Shown: positions 7,907 to 17,730 of the stretch, piece by piece
How the letters are laid out: every line of letters starts with the position of its first letter
Numbering within the stretch: position 1 is the first letter of the stretch
Source: Deltaproteobacteria bacterium
GTDB taxonomy: Bacteria > Desulfobacterota > Anaeroferrophillalia > Anaeroferrophillales > Anaeroferrophillaceae
NCBI GenBank assembly: GCA_019306045.1
Contig: JAFDMG010000005.1
Location: forward strand, 1 to 35,356
Length of the DNA: 35,356 bases
Direction: 5' to 3'
Notes under the pieces: model-generated
The model's database searches: none
What the model was told of the DNA's origin: nothing
The model's input: only the letters and a program-made list of their open reading frames with translations
Translations under genes and position numbers: made by a program

Positions 7907-9973
7907 ATGGCGCAAGATTTTCTGCTGGAAATCGGCACCGAGGAGATTCCCGCCGGTTTTCTTCTGCAAGCCTATCAGGACCTGGAAGCCAACACCAGGA
8001 AACTGCTGAACCACCACCGGCTGGAGTTTGCCGCCATCAAAACCATGGGCACCCCCCGGCGGCTGGCGGTCCTGGTCACCGGCCTGGCGGAACGCCAGGA
8101 AGACCGGGTCAGTGAAAAACTCGGGCCGTCGAAGAAAGTGGCCTTTGATGTCGACGGGCAGCCGACCAAGGCGGCCCTCGGCTTTGCCCGCGGCCAGGGG
8201 GTGGCGGTGGAGGAGCTGGAGATCGTCCAGACGGAGAAGGGTGAATATCTCTGCGCCCGGCGTCAGGAAGTCGGCAAGGCCACCATTGACATCCTGGCCG
8301 CCGCCCTGCCGGATTTCATTCTCAACCTGCCCTTCAAGAAATCAATGCGCTGGCACGACCTGGACATCCGCTTCGCCCGGCCGCTGCACTGGCTGCTGGC
8401 ACTTTTCGGTGACCAGGTGATCCCTTTCGAACTCGGGGGCCTGCGGGCCGACCGAAGCTCCCGGGGACACCGCTTCATGGCCCCGGAGGCCTTTTCCCTT
8501 GGTCATCCCGGTGAATACATCGAACGCTGCCGCCAGGCCAAGGTGATTGTCGATCCCCGGGAGCGGCAGGCAATGATCGAGGCCCAGCTGGCCGACATCG
8601 AGCAGCAGGTGAACGGCCTACTGATCGAGGACCCGGAGCTGCTGGCCACGGTCACCAACCTGGTGGAATACCCGTCGGCGGCCTGCGGCAGCTTCGAGGA
8701 ACATTTTCTCGCCCTGCCGGAAGAGGTGCTGATCACCGTCATGCGCCATCACCAGAAATATTTCAGCCTGCGCAACCGCGACGGCCGGCTGCTGCCCCAT
8801 TTCGTCACCATCAACAACACCGTGGCCCGGGATCCCCGCCTGGTGGTCACCGGCAACGAGCGGGTCCTGCGGGCCCGTCTGAACGACGCCCGCTTCTTTT
8901 TCGAGGAAGACCGCAAGACGCCGCTGGCGGAATTCGTCGAGCGGCTGAAAAGCGTCGTTTTCCAGGCCAAGCTGGGAACGTCATACGAAAAGATGTCCCG
9001 TTTCCGCACCCTGGCCGAAGAACTGGCCGACCGGCTGTGTCCGGCCGAACGGGAAAAGGTCAGCCGCACCGCCTACCTCTGCAAGGCGGACCTGGAAAGC
9101 AGCATGGTTTACGAGTTCCCCGATCTCCAGGGAGTCATGGGCCGGGAGTACGCCCGCCTGGCCGGCGAGGATCCCGAAGTCTGCCAGGGCATTTACGAAC
9201 ACTACCTGCCGGTGGCCGCCGGCGGCGACCTGCCCACCGGCAACTGCGGCGCCCTGGTGAGCATCGCCGACAAGATCGACACCATCTGCGGCTGTTTCGG
9301 CATCGGCCTGCTGCCCACCGGCGCCGCCGACCCCTACGCCCTGCGCCGCCAGGCCCTGGGCATCATCCACATCATCCTCGACCGCCGCTACGAGCTGGAT
9401 CTCTCCTGGCTGGTCAACCGTTCCCTGGAACTGCTGGCCGCCAAGATCGACCGGGACCCGGCCCAGGTGGCCGCCGAAGTGCTGAATTTCATCAAGGGCC
9501 GGCTGCAGCACAACCTGACCGCCAGGGGCGTGCCCGCCGGGGTGGTGGAAGCGGTTCTCCACGCGGGCATCGACGACCTGCTGGTGGCCGGCAACAAGAT
9601 CGACGCCCTGAACCGCTTCCGGCACCGGGACGATTTCGAGTCCCTGCTGGCGGCCTTCAAGCGGGTGATGAACATCATCAAAGGCGCTGGCGACCGGCAG
9701 CTGCAGGTGGATCCCCAGCGGCTGGAAACCCCGGAGGAAAAACAGCTGTACGCCGAATACACCCGCATCGCCGACGCCTGCCGCCAGGCCATCGCCGGCC
9801 AGGATTTTCTAGCCGCCCTGGAAACGATGGCCGACCTCAGGCCGGCGGTCGACGCTTTTTTTGATCATGTCATGGTCATGGTGGAGGACGAGGCCCTGAA
9901 AAACAACCGGCTGGCACTGCTGCAGGCCATTGCCGCCATGTTCCGCCAGGTGGCCGATTTCGGCAAACTGTAA
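7907..9973 (+). CDS. glyS: Glycine--tRNA ligase beta subunit
   Basis: LLEIGTEEIP, TPRRLAV, FARPLHW, GNERVLRARLNDARFF, EFPDLQGVMG, DPYALRR, FFDHVMVM. Confidence 0.97.
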   Translation: MAQDFLLEIGTEEIPAGFLLQAYQDLEANTRKLLNHHRLEFAAIKTMGTPRRLAVLVTGLAERQEDRVSEKLGPSKKVAFDVDGQPTKAALGFARGQGVAVEELEIVQTEKGEYLCARRQEVGKATIDILAAALPDFILNLPFKKSMRWHDLDIRFARPLHWLLALFGDQVIPFELGGLRADRSSRGHRFMAPEAFSLGHPGEYIERCRQAKVIVDPRERQAMIEAQLADIEQQVNGLLIEDPELLATVTNLVEYPSAACGSFEEHFLALPEEVLITVMRHHQKYFSLRNRDGRLLPHFVTINNTVARDPRLVVTGNERVLRARLNDARFFFEEDRKTPLAEFVERLKSVVFQAKLGTSYEKMSRFRTLAEELADRLCPAEREKVSRTAYLCKADLESSMVYEFPDLQGVMGREYARLAGEDPEVCQGIYEHYLPVAAGGDLPTGNCGALVSIADKIDTICGCFGIGLLPTGAADPYALRRQALGIIHIILDRRYELDLSWLVNRSLELLAAKIDRDPAQVAAEVLNFIKGRLQHNLTARGVPAGVVEAVLHAGIDDLLVAGNKIDALNRFRHRDDFESLLAAFKRVMNIIKGAGDRQLQVDPQRLETPEEKQLYAEYTRIADACRQAIAGQDFLAALETMADLRPAVDAFFDHVMVMVEDEALKNNRLALLQAIAAMFRQVADFGKL

Positions 9974-10003
9974 ATTCTGCAGGAAAAACGTGGGAGGATG
10001 ACA

Positions 10004-12572
10004 ATGGGAAAATACGTTTACACGTTCACCCCCGGCGGCGCCGAAGGCAACGCCGCGATGAAAGATATTCTCGGCGGCAAGGGCGCCAACCTGGCCGAGA
10101 TGACCAACATCGGCATCCCGGTGCCTCCCGGCTTCACCATCAGCACCGAGGCCTGCGTTTACTATTACCAGCATGACAACCAGTTTCCTCCCGGACTCGA
10201 GGAGGAGCTGCAGGCCGCCGTGGCCAAGATCGAAGAAGTGATGGGCCGCCGGTTCGGCGACCCGGACAATCCCCTGCTGTTTTCCGTCCGCTCCGGGGCC
10301 CGGGTTTCGATGCCCGGCATGATGGACACGGTGCTTCATCCAGATGTACGGCAACGTGGTCATGGGCATCGAAGGGGAAAAGCTCGAGGAGCTGCTGGAG
10401 CGGCTGAAAGAGGCGCGCGGCGTTCAGCTCGACACCGAACTCTCCGCCGCCGACCTCAAGGAACTGGTGGGCCAGCTCAAGGCCCGGGTCAAGGAGCTGA
10501 CCGGCAGCGAATTTCCCGACGATCCCCAACAGCAGCTCTGGGGGGCCATCGGCGCCGTCTTCAGTTCCTGGAACAACCAGCGGGCGATCACCTACCGCAA
10601 GCTCAACAACATTCCCGATCACTGGGGCACGGCGGTTAACGTCCAGGCGATGGTTTTCGGCAACATGGGCGATGACTGCGCCACCGGGGTGGCCTTCACC
10701 CGCGATCCCTCCACCGGGGAAAACTATTTCTTCGGCGAGTTCCTGGTCAACGCCCAGGGGGAAGACGTGGTGGCCGGCATCCGCACGCCGCAGCCGATCA
10801 ACAACATCGGCAAGACCGATGATTCCCTGCCCTCCCTGGAAGACATCATGCCCGAGGTTTACCAGCAGCTGGTGGAAGTGTACAAAAAGCTGGAAAGGCA
10901 CTACCGCGACATGCAGGACATCGAGTTCACCATCGAAAAGGGCAAACTCTGGCTGCTGCAGACCCGAACCGGCAAGCGGACCACCAAGGCGGCCATCAAG
11001 ATCGCCGTCGACATGGTCAAGGAAGGACTGATCGACAAAAAGGAAGCCGTCCTGCGCCTCGATCCCGGGCAGCTGGACCAGGTGCTGCACCCCATGCTTG
11101 ATCCCCAGGCGCCCCGGACCCTGCTGGCCAAGGGACTGCCGGCCTCGCCGGGCGCGGCCAGTGGCGGGGTGGTTTTTTCCGCCGACGAGGCGGAAGCCGC
11201 GGCGGAAAACGGGCAGCAGGTTATCCTGGTGCGCATTGAGACCTCTCCCGAGGACATCCACGGCATGCACGCCGCCGCCGGCATTCTCACCGCCCGGGGC
11301 GGCATGACTTCGCACGCCGCCGTGGTCGCCCGGGGAATGGGCAAATGCTGCGTCGCCGGCTGCGGGGAGATTGCCATCGACTACGAACAGCAGCTGTTCA
11401 AGGTGGGCGACCAGGTGGTCAGGAAAGGGGAGGTCATCACCCTCGACGGTTCCACCGGCGAGGTCTTTCTTGGAAAAATCCCCACCATCGAGCCGGCGCT
11501 GACCGGCGAGTTCGGCGAGATCATGCAGTGGGTGGACGAGTTCCGGCGGTTGAAAGTACGCACCAACGCCGACACCCCCCACGATTCCACCGTCGCCCGC
11601 AATTTCGGCGCCGAGGGAATCGGCCTCTGCCGCACCGAGCACATGTTTTTCGAGGAAGACCGGATCATGGCCGTCCGGGAAATGATCCTGGCCACCGACC
11701 TGGAAGGCCGCCGGAAGGCCCTGGCCAAGATCCTGCCGATGCAGAAAAAGGACTTCCTCGGCATTTTCACCGCCATGAAAGACCTGCCGGTCACCATCCG
11801 GCTGCTGGACCCGCCGCTGCACGAGTTCCTCCCCCATACCGACGAGGAGCTTAGCGAGCTGGCCGAATCGATGGGGGTTTCCCTGGCGGCCCTCAAGGAG
11901 CGGACCGCCAGCCTGCACGAATTCAACCCCATGCTCGGGCACCGGGGCTGCCGGCTGGGTATCTCCTACCCGGAAATCTACGAGATGCAGGTGCAGGCGA
12001 TCATGGAGGCCGCTTGCGAACTGGTCAAGGAACAAGGGTTGAACATCATCCCGGAAATCATGGTACCGCTGGTGGCCGACGTCAAGGAACTGCAGATCCT
12101 GAAGGAGAAAATCATCGCCGTCTGCGAGCGGACCATGGCCGCCTACGGGGTCAAGCTGGAATACCTGATCGGCACCATGATCGAGCTGCCGCGGGCGGCC
12201 CTGACGGCGGACAAGATCGCCGCCGAGGCCGAGTTCTTCTCCTTCGGCACCAACGACCTGACCCAGACCACCTACGGTCTCAGCCGCGACGATGCCGGCA
12301 AATTCCTCAACACCTACCTGGAACAGGGAATTTTCGCCCGCGATCCCTTCGTTTCCATTGACATCGACGGCGTCGGCGCCCTGGTGGAAATGGGGGTTAC
12401 CAAGGGCCGGCAGACGCGGCCGGGGCTGAAAGTCGGTATCTGCGGCGAGCACGGCGGCGAACCGGCCTCGGTGGAATTCTGTCACCGGGCCGGCCTCGAC
12501 TATGTCAGCTGTTCCCCCTACCGGGTGCCGATCGCCCGGCTGGCGGCGGCGCAGGCGGCCCTGAAGGAATAA
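10004..12572 (+). pseudogene. ppdK: Pyruvate,phosphate dikinase, interrupted by a frameshifting internal deletion near 10334-10337 (true lesion or assembly error)
   Basis: The N-part ([29 protein letters not shown]) and C-part ([38 protein letters not shown]) are in different frames and the conserved NLGLN...YRR segment is missing. Start placed at ATG 10004 by GGAGG spacing. Confidence 0.88.
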
Positions 12573-12653
12573 ACCGCCGGCACGGCAACGTTTTACCGAA
12601 CAGGGTGCGGAGGTAATTCCCCGGCACCCTGTTTTACCATACGACCAGCGGCA

Positions 12654-13337
12654 ATGAACAAACCGGATCAGCGGCCAAGAGAAATTTTCACCCGGCTCCT
12701 CCAGGCCCTGGGGCCGCAGCACTGGTGGCCGGCCGAGAGCCGGGAGGAAACCATCATTGGCGCCATCCTCACCCAGAACACCAGCTGGGTGAACGTCGAA
12801 AAGGCCATTGCCGCCCTGCGGCAGCGGCGGCTGCTGGCTTTCAGTCGCCTGGAAGAGATGGCGCCGGCGGATTTGGCCGCCGTCATCAGGCCCTCGGGGT
12901 ATTACAACCAGAAGGCCGCCCGGCTGCGGGAATTCAGCCGGCGGCTGCGGACGGAGCACGGTACCCTTGAACGGCTGGAGACCCTGGATACCGGCGAGCT
13001 GCGGTCATGGCTGCTGAGCGTCAAGGGCATCGGTCCGGAAACGGCGGACAGCATTCTGCTCTATGCCTTCGGGCGGCCGGTCTTTGTTGTCGACGCCTAC
13101 ACCGGCCGTATTTTCAGCCGCCACGGCCTGGTCACCGCCCGCGCCGGCTATGACGACATCCAGGCTTACGTTCACCGGCACCTGCCGCCGGAGCCACAGG
13201 TATACAACGAATTTCACGCCCTGCTGGTAAACATCGGCAAAAACTTCTGTCGCCGGCGCCAGCCGGCCTGCCAACAGTGTCCCCTGCAGGAACTCCTGCC
13301 GGACCGCCAGTCAAACCCAGGAGAAGAGCATGAGTAA
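12654..13337 (+). CDS. Endonuclease III-related HhH-GPD protein
   Basis: GPQHWWP, GAILTQNTSW, IRPSGYYNQKA, GIGPETADSILLYA, VVDAYT, C-terminal Cys cluster. Confidence 0.9.
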   Translation: MNKPDQRPREIFTRLLQALGPQHWWPAESREETIIGAILTQNTSWVNVEKAIAALRQRRLLAFSRLEEMAPADLAAVIRPSGYYNQKAARLREFSRRLRTEHGTLERLETLDTGELRSWLLSVKGIGPETADSILLYAFGRPVFVVDAYTGRIFSRHGLVTARAGYDDIQAYVHRHLPPEPQVYNEFHALLVNIGKNFCRRRQPACQQCPLQELLPDRQSNPGEEHE

Positions 13338-14436
13338 AACCGCCGCCGACCACGGCAACAACACCGTCATTGACGCCAAGGAGGCCATTTTTACCAAGAT
13401 CAAGGCGGAAAACGAGGAGTTGCGGGACAACCTGGCGGAAATCTACGACATCATCCAGGACAACGAAAAACGCCAGCACAATTACAACCGGGTTGAAGAC
13501 ACCATTTTTGCCGCCGAGAGCCTCGACGGCCTGATGCACGGTTTCCGGCGCGACCTGCGGGAGATTTTTACCATCCCGGTGGCGGCCGTGGCCCTGCTGG
13601 ACCATATCCGGGAAAAAAGTTGCCTGGGACAAGAGGGGGACCGGCCGGCGGCGGAGCAGGAAAACGGGAAAACCGCAACCCTTTTTGGTACTATCACCGG
13701 TCAGCTCTACCAAGAGTTCTTCACCCGGCCGGAACCGCTGGTGGCCGCCAGCCTGCCGCCGGCGCTGGCGGCGGTTTTCGCCCGCGGCCAGGAAAAACCG
13801 ATGATCGCCTCCCTGGTCTGCCTGCCGCTGGTGGTGGGCCAGCGCCACCTGGGAGTCCTGCTGCTGGCCAGCGACGACCCGGACAAGTTCACCCCCGAAA
13901 AGGGCACTGATTTTATCTGCCGCTTGGGCACCCGTCTGGCGGTAGCCATTGAAAACCTGCTCATCCGCCGGCAGCTGGAAACCGCCTCCCGCCTGGACCA
14001 GCTGACCGGCCTTTACAACCGACGGACCCTCAACGAACTGCTGCCTCTGGAATTCGCCCGGGCCCGGCGCTACCGCCTGCCCCTGGCGACCCACGGGCAC
14101 GTGGCCGGCGACGCCATTCTCGCCCGGGTGGGCAAGATTCTGCAGGAGAACACCCGGATCAACGATACCGCCATCCGCTACGGCGGCGACGAGTTCCTGG
14201 TCATCATGCCCCATACCGATGCCCGCCAAGCCGCCGTGGTGGCCGCAAAAATTCTCGGCATGGTGAAAGAAACAATGGTTTCACTGCCGGACGGCAGCCA
14301 GGTAGGCACCGCCGTCTCCATCGGCGTGGGCAGCTACCCCGCACCCGGCATCGAGGACGAAAAAGGACTGCTGGAAATCGCCGACCAGGATCTATACCGG
14401 GCCAAACAGGCCGGCAAAGGGCGGGTGGGAGCCTAG
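13330..14436 (+). CDS. Coiled-coil/GAF (DUF484-like) plus GGDEF protein with an internal deletion
   Basis: GAF-like SLVCLPL..LGVLLLASDD, DQLTGLYNRR, RYGGDEF, ADQDLYRAKQAGKGR; the DxDxFKxxND motif is absent. Confidence 0.88.
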   Translation: MSKTAADHGNNTVIDAKEAIFTKIKAENEELRDNLAEIYDIIQDNEKRQHNYNRVEDTIFAAESLDGLMHGFRRDLREIFTIPVAAVALLDHIREKSCLGQEGDRPAAEQENGKTATLFGTITGQLYQEFFTRPEPLVAASLPPALAAVFARGQEKPMIASLVCLPLVVGQRHLGVLLLASDDPDKFTPEKGTDFICRLGTRLAVAIENLLIRRQLETASRLDQLTGLYNRRTLNELLPLEFARARRYRLPLATHGHVAGDAILARVGKILQENTRINDTAIRYGGDEFLVIMPHTDARQAAVVAAKILGMVKETMVSLPDGSQVGTAVSIGVGSYPAPGIEDEKGLLEIADQDLYRAKQAGKGRVGA

Positions 14437-15092
14437 GACAGGCAGCGCTGGGCCTTCGCCACCAGCGTTGCCGCCTGGCGGCGGGCCGCCTGCCAGGCGG
14501 CGGGTGACATCCCGGCTCCCAGAGCCACCTTTTCGGCAAACTCCAGACTCACCAGATCGGCCGGCGCGTGGGCGTCATTGTTGACCACCAGCGGCGCTCC
14601 GGCTTCGACAGCCAGGGCGGCCACGTGGCCGTTGGTCAGGCTGTGCCCTTTGCGGGTGGTGATTTCCAGGCAAATCCGCCGCCTAGCGGCCAACTCGGCT
14701 TCCGCGGCCGTCAGCAGGCCCGGGTGGGCGAGGATGTCGACGTCGGCTTCCAGGGCGGCCCGGTTGGTGCCCGGGGCCACCGGTTCGACCACCGATTCCC
14801 CGTGGACGACGACCAGGCGCGCTCCCAGCTGCCGGGCCCGGGCCGCCAAGCCGGCAATCTGGGCCGGCGGCACGTGGGTAATCTCCACCCCGGGAATCAG
14901 GGTCAAAGACAGCTGGGACTGCAAAGCGGCGCAAACCGCCACCAGGCGGGGCAGAACGAAATCAAGGTTGGAACTGTCGACGTGGTCGGTAAAAGCCAGG
15001 GCCCGATAGCCTTTTACCTGGGCCCGCCGGGCCAGCTCCGCCGGCAACAGGACGCCGTCACTGAACAAGGTGTGCGTGTGCAGATCGATCAT
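14433..15092 (-). CDS. PHP-domain protein (histidinol-phosphatase-like)
   Basis: MIDLHTHT..SDG, TDH, GVEITH, VHGE, LAHPG, NNDAH; convergent 4-bp stop overlap with the GGDEF gene. Confidence 0.88.
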   Translation of the reverse strand: MIDLHTHTLFSDGVLLPAELARRAQVKGYRALAFTDHVDSSNLDFVLPRLVAVCAALQSQLSLTLIPGVEITHVPPAQIAGLAARARQLGARLVVVHGESVVEPVAPGTNRAALEADVDILAHPGLLTAAEAELAARRRICLEITTRKGHSLTNGHVAALAVEAGAPLVVNNDAHAPADLVSLEFAEKVALGAGMSPAAWQAARRQAATLVAKAQRCLS

Positions 15093-15484
15093 CGCCTTCT
15101 CCCCCAGAACCAGAGGTAAACCCGGGCGCCCACGTAGCCGCCGACGCCGTCGGCCAGCAGATCCAGCCAGGAGCTGTCCCGGCCCGGGACGAATGCCTGG
15201 TGCCATTCATCGCTCAAACCATAAACCACGGTAAAGAAAAAGGCAAGCAGGAGCAGGATGACCACTGGTTTCTCCGGCCAGAGGCGGGCAAAAAAGCGGC
15301 TGCTGAGCAGACCGAGACCGGCATATTCCAGCATGTGGGCAACCTTGTCGGAGCGGGCAACGAAACCCGGCACCGCCAGGTCGGACTGGGAAGACAAATA
15401 GAAGATCAGACCACAGTAAGCCAGCAGCGGCAAACCGGCACTCAGCCAGACCGAGGCGGAGCCCTCCTCCCGCCCGGCGGCCAT
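15089..15484 (-). CDS. VanZ-family membrane protein
   Basis: IFYLSS, DKVAHMLEYAGLG, YGLSDEWHQAFVPGR..SWLDLLAD. Confidence 0.9.
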   Translation of the reverse strand: MAAGREEGSASVWLSAGLPLLAYCGLIFYLSSQSDLAVPGFVARSDKVAHMLEYAGLGLLSSRFFARLWPEKPVVILLLLAFFFTVVYGLSDEWHQAFVPGRDSSWLDLLADGVGGYVGARVYLWFWGRRR

Positions 15485-16794
15485 CAGTCCAGTTCCCCCT
15501 GGAGGGAATGGCGCAAAGCCCGGGTGATTTTCACCGGCACCAGGCTGCCGAGCAAGCCGGCCGGCCCGGAAAAGTTGACAATCCGGTTGCCGGGAGTCCG
15601 CCCGACCCAGCGGCCGGCACCCTTCTTGGCCGGGCCTTCCACCAGCACCTCCTGCCGCGAACCTTCCAGGGCCCGCAGATTGGCCGCCGTAATCTCGTCC
15701 TGGCGCTGCTGCAGCCGCCGCAGGCGTTCCTTTTTTACCTCATCCGGCACCTGTCCCGCCAGGGCAGCCGCCCGGGTGCCGGGCCGGGGAGAATACTTGA
15801 AGGAATAAACCGTGTCGTAGCGGACCTCCTCGAGCAGGTCCATGGTCCGCTGAAAATCGGCTTCCTTTTCGCCCGGGAAACCGACAATCAGGTCGGTGGA
15901 CAAGGCGATGTCCGGCCGCGCCCGGCGGAGGGCGGCCACTTTTTCCAGGTATTCGGCGGCCGTGTACCCCCGCCCCATCCGCCGGAGGACGGCGTCCGAA
16001 CCCGCCTGGAGCGGCAGGTGGATGTGGGGACAGAGATGCTCCAGTTCGCCGAAGGCGGCCGCCAGCGCCGGCGACAGATCTTTGGGGTGGGAAGTGGTGA
16101 ACCGCAGCCTAGCCAAGCCCGCGATCCCATCGACCCGCCGCAGCAGCTCGACAAAACCGATCTCCCCCGCCGGCCGCCGGCCATAGGAATTGACATTCTG
16201 TCCCAGCAGGGTCACCTCCTTGATGCCCCGGGAAACCAGGGCGCGGATTTCCGCCAGGATAGCGGCGCTGGTCCGGCTGTACTCCCGGCCCCGGACATAG
16301 GGTACGATACAGTAGCTGCAGTAGTTGTCGCATCCCTGCATGATGGTCACGAAAGCGGCCACCGCCCCCGGCGGCTGGGCCGGCACCACGTCCAGGGACG
16401 GAATCTCCTCCCGGAAGTCGGTGACTGCCGCCGGCTGCCGGGTTTCGCGGACAGCCACCACCAGCGCCGGCACCCGGTCGATGGCATGGGTGCCGAAAAC
16501 CAGGTCAAGGTCGGGACAGCGGCGCTGCAGGGCCGCCCCCCACTGCTGGGCGACGCAGCCGCCCACGGCCACCACCAGCCCGGGGCGGCGTTTCTTCAGC
16601 GGCAGGTAGCGCCCCAGGGCGCTGAAAACCTTCTGCTCCGGCTTGTCCCGGACGCTGCAGGTATTGATGATGATCAGGTCGGCCCGGGCGGGATCTTCGC
16701 CAGCCTCGTAACCGGCGGCGGCCAGCAGGGTGAGCAGTTTTTGCGAATCGCTGACGTTCATCTGGCAGCCGTAGGTTTCCAGATAAACTTTCAT
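15484..16794 (-). CDS. miaB: tRNA i6A37 methylthiotransferase
   Basis: TYGCQMNVSDS, NTCSVR, GCVAQ, CDNYCSYC, C-terminal TRAM domain; ATG overlaps the surE stop. Confidence 0.95.
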   Translation of the reverse strand: MKVYLETYGCQMNVSDSQKLLTLLAAAGYEAGEDPARADLIIINTCSVRDKPEQKVFSALGRYLPLKKRRPGLVVAVGGCVAQQWGAALQRRCPDLDLVFGTHAIDRVPALVVAVRETRQPAAVTDFREEIPSLDVVPAQPPGAVAAFVTIMQGCDNYCSYCIVPYVRGREYSRTSAAILAEIRALVSRGIKEVTLLGQNVNSYGRRPAGEIGFVELLRRVDGIAGLARLRFTTSHPKDLSPALAAAFGELEHLCPHIHLPLQAGSDAVLRRMGRGYTAAEYLEKVAALRRARPDIALSTDLIVGFPGEKEADFQRTMDLLEEVRYDTVYSFKYSPRPGTRAAALAGQVPDEVKKERLRRLQQRQDEITAANLRALEGSRQEVLVEGPAKKGAGRWVGRTPGNRIVNFSGPAGLLGSLVPVKITRALRHSLQGELD

Positions 16795-17561
16795 CGCGGC
16801 CAGTCCCATTGGCGCAGGGTTTCCAGGGCCCGGTAGTTGGTGAGGTCGAGATGAAGCGGCGTGATGGAAACATGGCCGTTCTGCACCGCCACCAGATCGG
16901 AATTCTCGATCTGCTCCCCGCCCATGATGTCGCCGCCGATCCAGTAGTATTTCCGCCCCCGGGGATCGACGTTCTCGGCCACGCTGTCGGAGTAGATCCT
17001 TTTTCCCTGGATGGTCACCTGGAAGCCGGCCAGTTTCTCCCACGGGCAGTCGGGAACATTGATGTTGAGCAAGGTGTCGGCCGGCAGTCCCCGCCGGAGG
17101 ATGAGGGCGGCGATCTCCCGGGCCGTCCGGGCGGCGGTTTCAAAGTGGTGTTCCCGCTCCACCACCAGGGAAACGGCAATCGAGGGAATATGGAGCAGGG
17201 TGCCCTCGAAAGCGGCGGCCACGGTGCCGGAATAAGTGATATCGTCGCCCAGGTTGCCGCCCTTGTTGATCCCGGAAACCACCAGGTCGGGGGGATTCTT
17301 TTTCATGATGGCGTTGACGGCGAGATTGATGCAGTCGGTTGGCGTGCCGTCGACGGCGTAGAAACCCTCTTCCACCATGTCCACCCGCAGGGGATTCCGC
17401 AGGGTCAGGGAATGGCTGCAGGCGCTCTGCTCCCGGTCCGGAGCCACCACGGTCACCTGGCCGAGGGGCCGCAGGTAGTCGGCCAGCACCCGGATGCCGA
17501 AGGCATTGATGCCGTCATCGTTGGAAACCAGAATCTGGGGAATTTTTACGCCGTTGTTCAT
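16791..17561 (-). CDS. surE: 5'/3'-nucleotidase SurE
   Basis: ILVSNDDG, VAPDREQSA, GTPTDC, SGINKGGNLG, YSGTV. Confidence 0.95.
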   Translation of the reverse strand: MNNGVKIPQILVSNDDGINAFGIRVLADYLRPLGQVTVVAPDREQSACSHSLTLRNPLRVDMVEEGFYAVDGTPTDCINLAVNAIMKKNPPDLVVSGINKGGNLGDDITYSGTVAAAFEGTLLHIPSIAVSLVVEREHHFETAARTAREIAALILRRGLPADTLLNINVPDCPWEKLAGFQVTIQGKRIYSDSVAENVDPRGRKYYWIGGDIMGGEQIENSDLVAVQNGHVSITPLHLDLTNYRALETLRQWDWPR

Positions 17562-17602
17562 TACCGTCCCGGACAAGCAGTTTTTTCGCACAATAACGTC
17601 GG

Positions 17603-17631
17603 TTTATACGCCTTTTTGCCGCGGCCGTCAA
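17603..17631 (-). promoter_or_regulatory. Sigma70-type promoter for surE-miaB-vanZ-PHP
   Basis: Minus strand TTGACG (17631-17626), 17 bp spacer, TATAAA (17608-17603). Confidence 0.6.
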
Positions 17632-17730
17632 CCGTCCCCGGCTGGCGGGCGGAGCGGCCGGCGGCGTTCTTTACAATTGCCGCGATTTCCTGTAATAGTC
17701 AGACAACCATTTCAGCCGGTGGAATACCCC

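Noticed and set aside
10140-12959. 939-aa minus-strand ORF
   Set aside because: Antisense shadow of ppdK caused by GC-rich codon bias; no recognisable motifs
15089-15484. Glycopeptide resistance from VanZ
   Set aside because: The VanZ family is widespread, and here it sits in a housekeeping operon without other van genes
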